64,000 nucleotides of DNA from Trichosphaerium sp. ATCC 40318 (GCA_038496445.1 JALMLS010000573.1:1-64000), one strand, 5' to 3'. Shown: positions 38,110-52,409, counted from the first letter of the stretch. Translations and numbers: made by a program. Notes: generated from the sequence alone by a model not told the origin.

Positions 38110-40312
38110 ATGTTATCTGCGGCAACAATAAATGCTTCAGCATATTGTTGTACAAAGAAGGTGTATTTACGGCGTCAGAAGCGATATATTCCTACACAAA
38201 CATCCACTGATGCTCTAGAAAGAGTTAATGCGTGGTCTTCTAAGACGGAACCACGTTTGGCTGAATTATGTACGTGAAATGCAGCCTGGATGGCACTGTT
38301 TTTTTTTTAACGCAAGCAATGAATTTAGGGCCTGAGAAAGTACCAAAAGGTCAAATCATAACAAAGAAGTTAGATAACCCAGCAAAACTTTATAGAGGTA
38401 CCAATCTTTTGAACACGTGAACTCACAAAAGCACTAAACTCAGCCATTTTTTGAAAAGTGTGGAAGGCCTTTTGTTAATTCATTTCAGGCTTTCTCAGGC
38501 TGACTTCAACTCCTGAGTACTACAATAAAAACTTTGCTCAAAGATCCATATTCCGTTATCAAAGGTACATCTGCATTATTAGAATGCAGCGATTAACGTG
38601 CTTAAGAAACTAACATGTAGTATTTGTTAAAAGGTTTTTGACTCTAGCAAAAGAGCTTTCTGAGTCTGGGAGAAACCCAAGTGAGCTTGTACCTACACGT
38701 GATATATCATTAGCGTGGGCAGTTCATATGCAAACACCTCAACGATATGCAACAGAGACAAAAGTACTTAGTACAGCAAAATTGTAGTTCTTTTAACTAG
38801 TTATTTTTCTTCTTTAGGGTGCTTTTGGTGAGCACTTAGGGAACTGGTACTACCATCAAAATTTGCGCCTATTGGATTATAAGTATAAAAATGATGACAC
38901 GGTGATTAACAAGGCATCAAAGCACTTAGAAAGATGGAAAGAGCGATATGAGAAGACAGCAGCACTTTGGGTAACTTTGCGTCTTTTACGAATGCTAGCA
39001 ATGAACTTTGCTGTCCAAAAGCTTTTACTAGCGTTGTCTATTGACGTCGTGTATCTCAAAAAAGCCACAAACACTGATGTCATTGACATTCGAAACAAGA
39101 AGAGCAAATTAAAACATATCTTCTCTGTCTTTTTTTATTTTTCAATTCTGTTTACAAGTTGGTAACCTCCTCTTTCTTTAGCAAGAAAAATTTGACGAAG
39201 AATACTTAATGAAAGAAAAGACAACATTTGAGATATTCATAGATAATTTTAAACGTGTTCAATCCGAATGTCCTAAAATAGATGATCAATTCAAAGACTT
39301 GGAATTACTTCAACTTTTTGGTACATATACCGCTACAGTAATGACAATTGTTCTGTAACACGATCCCCTAGTAAATCACCAAAGGTTTGGCAAGAGGATT
39401 CTTGAACTTGGGACGTTAAAAAACTCTTACTTTGATCAAGCTAGTGAAGAGTATAATAAGTTCCATGCTATCCTAAAAGAAAACAAAATGTCAGAAGGCT
39501 TCGGTACTAGTATATGTGTACCAACCCTACAAATTGATTTGGCTTGGCACGCTCATATGTTGAGGTACGAAAACGGACACGCCTAGATGTTAAACTCAAG
39601 CTCTTGTCTTGTTAGATAAGCTTATTTGAATTAATCTAGAATTTCTTTCATTGATATGATCTTTGCATTACTGATGCTCATCTTGCTAATGTTGTTTATT
39701 TACTTAGTCCCAATGACTATATTGATGATTGTATGGATATACACGGTCGCTTGATTCATCATAATACACAGCTTGATGACTCTATTTTAAAAAGTAGTCT
39801 CCTAAAGACAGCATCAACTTATGAATCAAAATACGGACGTCCATATATAAAAAGAGGAAAAAAGAAAGATTACAGTGCCAGTAAAAAAAGTGCTCTTGGT
39901 TGTGCCTCTTGTGATTTCGGAAGTGAAGATTTTCATCAAGTATGGCAACAGAATCTATCTCAAAATATAAAAATCGTTTTTTGGTTGTATACTGAACAAT
40001 CGTTAACGTGTTGTTCTTAGGGATTGTTCCATAGTACAGACGACCCATCTGACATTCCTACTACTATGCCAAACGAATATGATGAAGTTGTTGGTGTTGA
40101 ATACCCGCAAGAGACTAATGTGTATACAAACAATATAATTCAAGATCTATTGTATGCTTGCCAATGCAAAAAGGTATTTTTAACACTTACGTAGTTTTGG
40201 TGATGATAGCATCTTTGGCAGTGATAGCGGGGATAGCTGCGATAGCAGCGATAGCGGTGATGGCGGTGATGGAAGTAGTTGTGGAAGTAGCTGTGGTGGT
40301 TGTGGTGGATAG
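38110..40312 (+). CDS. Glycine-rich-domain-containing protein (GRDP/DUF1399-like), multi-exon; start uncertain
   Basis: Two copies of the family motif, LVPTRDISLAWAVHMQTPQRY and VPTLQIDLAWHAHMLSPNDY; ends SSCGSSCGGCGG*. Confidence 0.8.
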
Positions 40313-40670
40313 AAATAAACCAACAAAGTGAAAGAAATAGTACCTCAACGCAAAGAAAATCTCACTACCAAGTATCTGCCCTTTATTTGAGGTTACTGTA
40401 CTTAACCCTCCTGGACTACTTATCCATGCGGAGTGGACGCTACATAATCATAAGGGAAAGAAAACGCGAGTGTGTGATTACTTGGTTGTCACAGATGTTG
40501 TAGGTTGATACAAGTACAGCTAAGGTCACAAAGCAATTGCATCGAAACAATTTTTTCCGCTACTCTTCAAACGTTTGTCAATACTCTCACCGGTGTATAT
40601 TTTATCCTTTCTAAAGACTGTGTACAACAGGTAACGAGCAACCGACAGAACTTAATTTTTTGTAAAAGGT

Positions 40671-42205
40671 CTATTCTTTAACATCAATATGTGCAACTCT
40701 TGGAATGTACATGAAGCGCTCAAGAACAGATGTGTACGCTGGCTTATCAAAGTAAGTATCTGGCGCAGACCAATAGCTAGCGTATAGTGGCATAGGTGGT
40801 GAGGGACATTGAGAAGTGAAAGTGAACCTAGAAGAATGTTAAGTTGGAGTTAACAGCAAAGATTTGAGAAAAAAAAGAGAATTTCTTTTTTACAGAAACG
40901 ATGACGTACTGATGTACTAGTTTTTTGTCTATTGAGAAAGATACACTAGTAGGAGATAGAATAATATCATAGTCTTCTACACCATTCGCAAGGTTTTGAG
41001 TTGTTGTTGTATTCGTAAAATGACAAACATTTCCAGCCTTATCTTTTATCCTAATAACACCAACAAACGCTTCGTTGTTTGACGGGCTAGGACTTCATAA
41101 AATGGGTTAGAAAAGTAATCAATGATGTCTCAAGATAGACTTACGTTAGTATCCATTGAATACTACCTTTACACTATGAGGAGAATTAGACAAGAACAGG
41201 TAAGGGATTCACTTACGTCCGAGCAAGAAATTGTATTATCCAAGGTGAAGATATCTTGAGAATGCTCCACAGCCTTATTATTATCATCATGCGCTGCATG
41301 TACACTCCAAATATAAGATCCAGTACAATGAGCATGTCCAGTTTGGATATTCATTGCGTGAAAGTTCGCTGGTTTGGCATAGCAGTTATCCGCTTGAGCG
41401 CCTGTTCAAAAAGAAAAAAAAGTTAAGAACGTTTCAAGAAATAAGATTCTTACCTCTACAAATACAGTCATCGCACTTGCTCGAAGAAATGGATAGTCCG
41501 TTAGGTGTAACTTTACATCCAGTAGAGCTCAAAAAGTAACGGCAATCGCTTGAACACGCGTCGAAAACGTGCCATTCATCAACGCTTTGACAACTCGAAG
41601 TACTGTTGAAAGTGTAGACGAACGCTTTTGTTGGGCACGTGAAATCCTTTGTACAACCTTGTTCGCTACAATAAGGACACATATTACCTGCGAGGTGGCA
41701 GTCATGATCATTCACGCACTAATAGACGAGTTAGAAGGTCAGTAGCTGTAGACTTTGCGTTATTTTTTCTTTCTCTTACCAACTTGTTCTCACAAGCAGC
41801 AACGGTACATAGATTATCCCTGCAGTACTTACAAGCATTATTTTGATCACAGTCAGTATCCTAAACGTTCAAAATTAACATAATCTTTTTCCTAAGTAAG
41901 CTTACCGCATCACAACGTCCATAACACTTAGCTCCATATGTACATAACCCTTTAGGTGAAAAAAAGTTAACGACCACCAGGCAAGCATTGTTTTACCTTT
42001 TGACCAGTTGTTTTGGTATAACGGAAAGCACCTTGTACAGTCTGAGGATGTACAGTCGTTATTACCGTATGGACACTAAAAAGACAAAAAGGTAAGAAAA
42101 GTCACGTGATTGTTAACCTCATCTTACTTTTTCGTTACAATCAGCAGCTATAGTGAATACCACAACATAGGCGCATAGTAAAATAAAGAGACGTGAAGCT
42201 GTCAT
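40671..42205 (-). CDS. Secreted Cys-rich protein with a probable C-terminal GH16/ConA-like domain
   Basis: Signal peptide MTASRLFILLCAYVVVFTIAA, Cys-rich N-terminal exons, then YDIILSPTSVSFSIDKKLVH...PSPPMPLYASYWSA. Confidence 0.65.
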
Positions 42206-42613
42206 TGGCACTCTGGTTTTCAAAAAAAAGAGAACGCTCTTGACTTACAGTTCAATCTATTCCACCAAACAAAAAATGCTCAGACGCCTTTGTATCTTTG
42301 CGCTTAGCGTAATTACTTTGTTTATAGTCCCATATGCATGTACGTATCATCTAGAAACATAATAAAACAAAACTTTATGCACGTGATCGGAAACGCGTTT
42401 CTGCGCGTCGAAAATCAAAAGAACGCTTTTAACTCTTTAACACGTAACTTTGGCGAAAGAAATCTCCGCTTAATATCTTTTACGCATTCATACCGTTATA
42501 AGGGTGGTGCTTTAAACCTTTTAGTAAATATCTCAATAACCACGTCACAGATTTTGAAAAGATGAAATTGTTTCACTTTGCGATTTTTTTTAAACTTTTT
42601 TCCAGTATGTCAA

Positions 42614-43192
42614 ATGGGTATAAGAAAAGGACAAACTCTTGGAGAAGCACATGGCCGTATAGCCCGGTTAACTGATGAAATGAACGAAAAAACAGACGAG
42701 CTAATTTTTGGAAAGTCTTTCGGTGAGATAACCAAGGATGAGTTCTATCCTCTTTTGAAAACATGGAATAATGAGTTGGAGGAGTTTACAAAAGAAGTAA
42801 GTAGTATGTTATTGTCTTCGTTTTAGTTACATTCTTGTAGACTATAATGGGATGGGAAGAACCTGATGAAGATGATATGGCTATAAGAGTTCGTATGTGT
42901 GTTAAGTTGATGTATAGAATAAAGTCTTGCGAGCACGTGATGAAGGAATGTGGATCTTTTTGTGAAATAATGAATAGGTACTTTTTTCTCTTTTTTTTTG
43001 ATTTGTTATCACGTGATTTGCAGTTAACTAACACGTGAGTTTAGCCAAAAATTGGATATTTGTACAGAGCAGAAGCGTGGTATGAAGAGTTTATACATGA
43101 GATCATCGTGTAGTGATTATGAGAAGATTATGAAAGATAATCAAAGCAAAGCAGCCGCTGCAGAAGCCTTAAACCCAAAAACAGAGCTATAA
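42614..43192 (+). CDS. Small hypothetical protein (at least 3 exons; true start may be upstream)
   Basis: Exons join in frame at GTAAG/GTAC donors; ends NPKTEL*. Confidence 0.55.
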
Positions 43193-43830
43193 AACACATG
43201 TCCATGTATCAAAACCATGCCTTAATAAAAAAACTGAAACCACTTGATAGAGGACTTCGATAAATAATTGAGCCAATAATCTCTTTGTAGAATTCCTACG
43301 AGTCATCCGTTACTATTAACAATATAGTTGTAGATTCTAAAAGCGTGCACATTAATGGTGGGTCTTTGCTTAGCAAAGTGATAATCCATTGTTTTAGAAG
43401 TAATAGGTTGCTCTCCTGTTACACGAGAATCTTTAAGAACTTTAAGGCAAAGATACGATTCACAACCAAATTAAACCGCTTTTCTATTGAAATAGAAGAC
43501 TTACATCAAGTCTTTTTTATGGAAAGACGGTAATGTTTTAGTGGCTTGTTTCATGGTATCCTGCGTTTGGCACAATCTTGAACAAAGAAGCACGTTTGAT
43601 ACGAAAGCTATTCGTTTGTACCTTTGTGTGCCGTTTAGTGCTAAATACTGAGAATAAATTAAGTGTTGCCTTATGTTAAGGCAGCACAAACAGATTGGAG
43701 TGGGCGAATAGATAGTTGCGTTTTTTTACACTCACACGTGATTATTGAAGCGTAAGAGGGTATTTGAATAATCATCACCGCGTTTAAACGTAGTTTAATC
43801 GCATGTTTAGATAAATAGGGTAAACAAGTT

Positions 43831-46213
43831 ATGAAAGCATTGGAGAAGCGTAAAAAAAGTAAGACATTGTCCTGGCGTCTTATCCAAGATGCTTTACAAT
43901 AAGTTTGCTCATATCTTGACTTACAGGTTGTTGCCGTGGTATGCTATCTCGCTATCAATGTATTATGGTAGTTGGATGTGTTTTGGTAGCATTACTTCGC
44001 ATATTGTTTTATTTCTCACAAAATCACGTGGCTGTGATAGAGCTGTTAGAAACAGAAGCAGTACGCACCTTATTTTTGTTTCACTATGCAAGTCTTTACC
44101 TAAAGAAGGTAGAACCAGCCATCTCTTCGACTACAGGAGATGTCCACAGAAATCAGGTCAATTATAAAGTTGTGAACACACGTACAAGACCTCCTATTAC
44201 AAAGCATAAGGCCTCACCAACAACAATACTAACAACAGCACCTACTACAATACCTACCCAAACTCAGTCTACAAACGCACCAATACCTCCACCGACTTTT
44301 TCTCCAACAAATTATCCAGTTCCTCCACCAACACTTTCACCAACAAACTCACCAATACCTCATCCTACCTTTTCTCCTGTTAATTCTCTAGTGCCACCAC
44401 CAACTGCTCCTACAAACTTTGATCCTTGGTTCCCCGAATCTGAACTCGGACCTGTACTCAAACTTCTATTGACTCACTGTTTATTGTTTTCCGCAGAGTA
44501 TTATTCCACATGTTGAAGGACGATATTGTAGAGAAGATATGCCTGAAGTAGGAATTGAAAGTGAGGCATCATGTTACGCGTATAAAGCATGGAACTACAT
44601 GCACCCACGTTGTGTTAATGTGCAAGAATCTGAGGAGTTTTTTTCAAATATTTACAGGTACTCCTTTCTTTTTAGTTATACCTAAACCTATGTTAACGCT
44701 TTTGAAAAAGGAGTTTTGAAGAACCACAAAGTAGAGATTGTAGCGATTCAGGAACAAAAGTAATGTTATACTATCCTCCTACAGTGTACGTAAAGAAAAC
44801 ATGAAATCCTATTTTATTCTTATTTTCATTTATTCTAGTGCTTGCGGATTTGGCTGTGAAATCTCTTACATATCAAATGCATTTCATTTAGCACTAAGAA
44901 CAAATTATACTTTAGTACTTGTACCTTTTGAAACTACATGGGATGTACGCTATCACATGAAAAATACACAAAACCAACACAACAAAACTCTTACTTTTAT
45001 TTTGTAGCATTGGAATGTATCTTATTGTAATAGACGAGAATTAGATTGTTTTTTTAAACCACTTGTTAACAGAAACTTATGTAACACTTCAGAGATATGG
45101 AATACTGAACAAGTACGAATGTTTTGGGTTCATATTCTTAAGAATAAAATGAGAAAGATAACAAAATGTCAACTTATTCTGTGTAGATGGTTCCACGACA
45201 TCCACACGTATATGTTAATACAACAGCGAAATATAATTACCAATACGATGCAATAATACCTCACATTAAAAATGAAACACATGTTTGGCTAGACAAAGAA
45301 TACGTAAACAACTCTTTGTTGACTTTAAAAACCGTATGTTTAGGAAGGTCTCATTCTTACAGGAATATTCCAAGAATATCACAAGTACATTAGGTAATAC
45401 ATCACATTCTTACTAATTACACTCCTCTGACTTGGATACTATAGGCTAAAGGCTGTGATTCTTAAATATCTTCTAAGACCAGGACCTGAATTGAAAGAGT
45501 TCATACAAAAAGAGAAGAAAAGATTAAACTTTGCTGAGCTTTCACAGGATCCTATTATTGTTGTACACGTCCGACGAGGTGATTCTTATTACAACAAAGG
45601 AAGAAAAATGCTTGAACTTAGTGGTAAAAACTAACCGATTTTGTGATACCATCCGTTGAGACTAAAAGCTACTCTAAGATTACATGCCACATGCTAAGAA
45701 GTTTGGTGAGATTTATGGTTCCAAAACGATTTACTTGCTCACTGTACTTTTGGTTCAGTTGATGATGCTGTATTGTTAATGGCTCTATAGGCTTCAAGAA
45801 GGATTGTTAGTCAAACTTCAGATTATCCAGAATGGAATTGGATGTACGCCGATATAAAGTATTTATGGGATGGTACAATATTTAGTATTTTTTGTTTTTT
45901 GGTTCTTTTCGTCTTTGTTACCTGACTGTGTTCTTAGATGGCCATAAAACTGGCGATGGTGATTCAAAAGAATCAAGCCTATCAACATTTGCGTCATTGT
46001 TAATAGCAGGCGAATGTGATATGTTTGTAGGCACTCATCATTCCAATTTTGGAATTATAGTGCGAATGTTACAAGTTCGAAAAAATCGATTTTTTTTGTT
46101 ATTTTACACATTCCTAGATAGGTAACAATCGTGGACTTATACAACCTCATAAGTTGATTACAGGCAATGATTGGGAACAAGGGAAAGAACCAAAAGAAAG
46201 TTCACGCCGTTAG
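43831..46213 (+). CDS. Type-II membrane glycosyltransferase, GT23 (alpha-1,6-fucosyltransferase/NodZ-like)
   Basis: N-terminal TM, P/T stem, CGFGCEISY, VHVRRGD, ECDMFVGTHHSNFG. Confidence 0.8.
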
Positions 46214-46361
46214 ACGTACAATCATGATTTCACTGAACAAAACGTGGAATTTTCGCTTACAGTCAGGCTGACTAATGAAGACTTTGCAACAAACCTTTTT
46301 CGTGCTTGTACGCATAAGTAGTATCAAACAAACGCTTTCATACTATCAATATATCTGTTTT

Positions 46362-47005
46362 GATGGAAACAAGCACTAATGGGATAATTAACAATGTACC
46401 AGCCGAAATATGGATAATGATCCTTAATTTCCTACCCAACAAATATTTACATTGTGTAAGAGCTGTATGTACTGTATTGTTATTTTTCATAACAGATTTT
46501 TTGGATTACACTCCCAAACTTGTTATTAAAGATGAAAAACAGTAATAACTTCAACAGTTCAACAAAACTGCCCTTTTCATTGGAAAACATGCAAAGTTGA
46601 GATTCTTTATAAAATGAAAGCAAAACACTTTAAGGCATATACTCAACGAGCTTTTTCTGTTCATAGCATTTGTCCAAATGTGAACGAGAACTTTGTTAAA
46701 GTATTGGCTGGAGTGCATACAGTCGATCTTAATTGTACAGATGTGACAGATGAAGGTTCAAAGCGTTGGCAGGAGTTCACAATTTACCTAGCCAGGTGTG
46801 AACATATTACAGATAATGGCATTAAAGAATTGGCTGGCGCTATAGCATTACCTTGCTGACACTTTAGTCACAGATGAAGGCGTCAAAGCACTTGCTGGGG
46901 TCCACACTATTAACCTCTCTTGCACTTCAGTAACAGATGAAGGTGTCAAAGCATTGGCTAGTGTACATACAAGTGACCGACCAAGGTGTTAAAGCACTGG
47001 GTGGA
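46362..47005 (+). pseudogene. Disrupted F-box + LRR gene (paralogue of 60003-61208)
   Basis: NNVPAEIWIMILNFLP F-box; LAGVHTVDLNCTDVTDEG repeats broken by in-frame stops and frameshifts. Confidence 0.75.
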
Positions 47006-49170
47006 GCTGTGCCTGAGTCTCTACTTCCGTGATTTCTTACAATAAAACCATCAGTGTAGTATCTGTATGACAAAGCCATAGGGATAAGGAATAACATAAT
47101 ACCCACTATTCTCTAGTAGCTCCTAGGCTTTCAATGCTTCTGATTATTTGAGAAAATGGAGTTGAAGAAAAAGTTGCAGCAAGGTTAGAAATACTTCCTT
47201 TCGAAGAAATAGTGTCTAAACCAGCATTACAGGAATAAAAAGTTAGTTTCGCGCCAGTGGTTTGCGTATAAAGCACGGAACTCATGCACCCAACGTCTTT
47301 GTTTAAGTTAGTTCTTGAACTGCGGAGTTTGTTTTGCAAACGTCGATTAAAGCCAGCTCCATTTCTTGAACGAGTTTTGGCGCAAATAATAAGTTATCCC
47401 TTTTGTAAAATAGTTTTGATTGAACCAAAACTGTTTTTTGAACCTGATTTTTTGTTACCACATTAAACCATACGACCTTAACAGCTACGCGATTTCACAT
47501 ACACGCGCTTTTGCCACATACCCAAATTAAGCAGTAACCATTTTTTTCATTACTTGTTTCGACAGCTTTGTTGGTAAATGCTAAATTCATTGTGGTGTCA
47601 ATCTCTTACATTATCAAGATGGATTGTGCTTATATCAGAGAAAGAAAAATTAGAAATAAGCATACTCCGTTACAGACGTTTGGGTAAACTTCAGTTGACT
47701 TCGTATCAATCAACAATAACAAAACCAACAAACAAAACATCTTACAATCATTTTGTCCCATTGGAAAATTTCTTATTGTAATAAAAAGAATTAGATTTTT
47801 TTTTAAAGTGTTCTTGTATAATAGAAACAAATGCTTGGCGCTTCAGAGCCACAAGACATTTTGTCTTCCTCCCAACATCGTCTTAGGTTCACGTTCTTAA
47901 GAATAAAATGAGAAAGATAACAAAATGTCAACTTATTCTGTGTAGATTTCCACGACTTCCACACCTTTATGTTAATACAACAGCGAAATATAATTACCAA
48001 TACGATGCAATAATACCTCACATTAAAAATGAAATCACATGTTTGGCTAGACAAAGAATACGTAAACAACTCTTTGTTGACTTTAAAAACCATATGTTTA
48101 GGAAGGTCTCATTCTTACAGGAATATTCCAAGAAATCACAAGTACATTAGGTAATACATCACATTCTTAGACTAAAAACTACACGTTAACACAAACTTGC
48201 AATTACAATACTCGCTAACGGTTTGAGAAGTTCTGTTCAAAAGCCCAACTACCACGGACCTGAATTGCTAACAGCTCACCCTACGATAAACGCAGAAGAA
48301 AAGATTAAACTTTGCTGAGCTTTCACAGGATGTATTATAGTTCGTATTGGTTGTTTGGAGGTGGTTCCGCTTACAACAAATGGTAAAAAATGTTGAACTT
48401 ATTGGTAAAAACTAGATAGATTGTTGTGTATAGCACGCTGTTAGATTGAATGCTACTCAAAATAACCCATGCCATATTCTAAAACTCTGGTAGCGATTTT
48501 TTGTTCCAAAAGCTGTTTTGACTGTGCTCGTTACTAGTACTTTATATTTTTTTTACTAGCCCGCTAGTATTATTACTGTACGCTCTGTACACGCCAATAC
48601 AGGTTGGTACTTAAAAATTAACGAAACAAGATGTGGTGGTTTTATGTCACGTGCGTGTAATAAAATAAAAACGCTTGGTAACAATTCCTCTGAGTATTTT
48701 TTGTTTTTTGGTTCTTTTCATCTTTTGTTACCTGACTGTGTTCTTAGATGGCCATAAAACTGGCGATGGTGATTCAAAAGAATCAAGCCTATCAACATTT
48801 GCGTCATTGTTAATAGCAGGCGAATGTGATATGTTTGTAGGCACTCATCATTCCAATTTTGGAATTATAGTGCGAATGTTACAAGTTCGAAAAAATCGAT
48901 TTTTTTTGTTATTTTACACATTCTAGATGGGTAACAATCGTGGACTTATACCACCTCATAAGTTGATTACAGGCAATGATTGGGAACAAGGGAAAGAACC
49001 AAAAGAAAGTTCACGCCGTTAGACGTACAATCATGATTTCACTGAACAAAACGTGGAATTTTCGCTTACAGTCAGGCTGACTAATGAAGACTTTGCAACA
49101 AACCTTTTTCGTGCTTGTACGCATAAGTAGTATCAAACAAACGCTTTCATACTATCAATATATCTGTTTT

Positions 49171-49812
49171 GATGGAAACAAGCACTAATGGGATAATTAA
49201 CAATGTACCAGCCGAAATATGGATAATGATCCTTAATTTCCTACCCAACAAATATTTACATTGTGTAAGAGCTGTATGTACTGTATTGTTATTTTTCATA
49301 ACAGATTTTTTGGATTACACTCCCAAACTTGTTATTAAGATGAAAAACAGTAATAACTTCAACAGTTCAATAAAACTGCCCTTTTCATTGGAAAACATGC
49401 AAAGTTGAGATTCTTTATAAAATGAAAGCAAAACACTTTAAGGCATATACTCAACGAGCTTTTTCTGTTCATAGCATTTGTCCAAATGTGAACGAGAACT
49501 TTGTTAAAGTATTGGCTGGAGTGCATACAGTCGATCTTAATTGTACAGATGTGACAGATGAAGGTTCAAAGCGTTGGCAGGAGTTCACAATTTACCTAGC
49601 CAGGTGTGAACATATTACAGATAATGGCATTAAAGAATTGGCTGGCGCTATAGCATTACCTTGCTGACACTTTAGTCACAGATGAAGGCGTCAAAGCACT
49701 TGCTGGGGTCCACACTATTAACCTCTCTTGCACTTCAGTAACAGATGAAGGTGTCAAAGCATTGGCTAGTGTACATACAAGTGACCGACCAAGGTGTTAA
49801 AGCACTGGGTGG
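49171..49812 (+). pseudogene. Second copy of the disrupted F-box + LRR gene
   Basis: Almost identical to 46362-47005 and shares its lesions. Confidence 0.65.
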
Positions 49813-52409
49813 AGCTGTGCCTGAGTCTCTACTTCCGTGATTTCTTACAATAAAACTATCAGTGTAGTATCTGTATGACAAAGCCATAGGGATAAGGAAT
49901 AACATAATACCCACTATTCTCTAGTAGCTCCTAGGCTTTCAATGCTTCTGATTATTTGAGAAAATGGAGTTGAAGAAAAAGTTGCAGCAAGGTTAGAAAT
50001 ACTTCCTTTCGAAGAAATAGTGTCTAAACCAGCATTACAGGAATAAAACCAAGTTAGTTTCGCGCCAGTGGTTTGATAAAAATCACGTGATATGCACTTT
50101 GCCGTAACGTCTTTGCACTTTGCCGTAACGTCTTTGTTTAAGTTAGTTCTTGACACTGCGTAGCCCAGCTCAACCCATTGTTGTGAGTGCCTTGATGAAC
50201 GTCGATTAAAGCCAGCTCCATATTCTTGAACGACTCTGTCTTTGGCGCAAATAATAAGAGCATTATCCTTGTTGTAAAATATATTACTTCATTGATACCA
50301 AAACTGTTTTTTGAACCTGATTTTTTGTTACCACATTAAACCATACGACCTTAACAGCTACGCGATTTCACATACACGCGCTTTTGCCACATACCCAAAT
50401 TAAGCAGTAACCATTTTTTTTCATTACTAGTGTTTCGACAGCTTTGTTGGTAAATGCTAAATTCATTGTGGTGCCTCAATCTTACAACCATTATCAAGAT
50501 GGATTGTGCTTATATCAGAGAAAGTTGAAAAGAGGGCGCTGAGAAATAAGCATGGGACTCCGTTACAGACGTTTGGGTAAACTTCAGTTGACTTCGTATA
50601 AATCAACAATAACAACAACCGACAAATCTTAAACAACATGGCGAGCAGCAATCACCCACATCCCACCCAAAAATTTCCTTTTCATTTGTTTTAAAAACTG
50701 TAAAACCTTTCTTTTATTTTCCAAGTGTTCTTGTATAATATAACAAATGCTTGGCGCTGTGCTAGAGCCACAAGACATTTTGTCTTCCTCCCAACATCGT
50801 CTTAGTTAACGTTCCTTGGTTAGTTGATAGAAGCAAGTCAACTGAGAGTGTTAGAACTCTAACCAGTTTCTATTTCTGGCAAAAACTTGCAACTTCTTTC
50901 AGACCTTACAAGACTTGACAGTTCTGAGAACTAGCACAATGTGAACTTGTTTACATGTCACTAGTGTTTAGGATGTAGGCGCAATCAGCAATGTGTACTA
51001 TCACATGACCTTATGTACCGTAAGTGCAAGTAATGTTTCAATTGCAACACAACGAAATAACTCAAGCAAAATGACCATAGTATTTTATCAGGTGCTCGCT
51101 ACACAAACGCATCAAAGAGCTGAAGGGGAATAAAAAAAGCTGCGATGGCTTTTAGACTAAAAACTACACGTTAACACAAACCATGCAATTACAATACTCG
51201 CTAACGTGTTTGAGAAGTTTCTGTTCAAAAGCCCAACTAGCACGGATTACTTTCTTCCATTTGCTAACAGCTCTACCCTACGATAAACGCACGGCCCTCA
51301 TGAATTTCATGATCTCTTTAGGTTTGATTGGTGTGTTTCACGATGTATTATAGTTCGGATTGGTTGTTTGGAGTTGTGGTTTCCGCTTTTCTTCCGTATG
51401 GTAAAACACGTGGTTTCAATTGTTTTTTTTTATTAAATGTAGATAGACTTGTTTTGTAGGTGAGCACGCTGTTAGATTGAATGCGCTCAAAATAACCCAA
51501 GTTAGGCCTGATATTCGTAAACACTCTGGTAGCGATATTTTTGTGTCTGGGAGAACCTTCCAGCTGTTTTGAGCTGTTTTGACGGAGCGTTACTAGTCCT
51601 CTTATATTTTTTTTACTAGCCCGCTAGTAAACACAATCAATATTACTGTACGCTTTGTACACGCCAATACAGGTAGGTACTTAAAAATGTAACGAAACAA
51701 GATGTGGTGGTTTTACAAAAATCACGTGCGTGTAATAAAATAAAAACGCTTCGTAACAATTCCTCTGACCTGTAAACCGTGTTATGCAGCCCTTTCTGCC
51801 GTTAGTGCGTTAGTTGTTACGAACTTGTTGCTACCTCCACTACGAGTTGCTCATTGTACGATAGCGTGTACGTGACATCTAAAAATCAGCAGGTGAAACC
51901 AGCATAGATAGAAAAACAAAATAAAGCGAATAAAATCTCCACTGGAATAAAGTAAGCAACAACATTTTTTACAGCCGAAAAGATACAACAGCACAACATT
52001 CTTGTATTTTGGCGTGTTATAATAATGCTAATTCTGTCTGGTTACAATAACGGCATTATGATAATATCCTTTGTGCTTGCCTATCGGGGTAAAAAATAGC
52101 CCGCAAAAGAGTATTCCACTTTCGAGCGATTGAAGGTCTCCAAGCGGTTAAAAAAAAACCCAAACCAGAACGCAAACCAAATTACAAAAACACTTCACTG
52201 AAAAATCTCATGTATCAAGGTATCACCGACTTAATACTGCTTTGTGATAACCTCAAGGTGACAACACGTCATGACAGAATCGCAGAATGACAAAAACCAA
52301 CATTTTGAACAGGAAGAACCAACCCACAACATCCATCTCCCCATAATTGAAATTGTGTTTTCTTTTGCAGGTTTGTAATGCTTGGTAAGCAAATAGTTGA
52401 CAAAGTATA

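Larger units (their letters stand above)
45880..50060. repeat. Near-identical direct duplication (~45880-47250 vs ~48690-50060, offset ~2808 bp) with a chimeric spacer
   Basis: Identical ORFs at 46614 and 49422; near-identical ORFs at 46360 and 49169; spacer interleaves upstream and downstream flanks. Confidence 0.9.

Noticed and set aside
1103-41905. Second iterated palindrome TAAGCTTA (about 7 copies seen)
   Set aside because: Only a few-fold above expectation in AT-rich DNA; not convincing without a count
6886-47005. Stop-codon reassignment or selenocysteine suggested by in-frame TAA/TGA
   Set aside because: Conserved genes end normally in TAA, TAG and TGA, and in-frame stops occur only in relic-like loci
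10371-52072. ATATCCTT matches as U12 (AT-AC) donors at ~10371, 34908, 52064
   Set aside because: None lies at an inferred exon boundary
52070-52160. Possible snRNA (structured-looking stretch next to an A/T tract)
   Set aside because: No recognisable U1/U2/U4/U5/U6 motif; would need a covariance-model search
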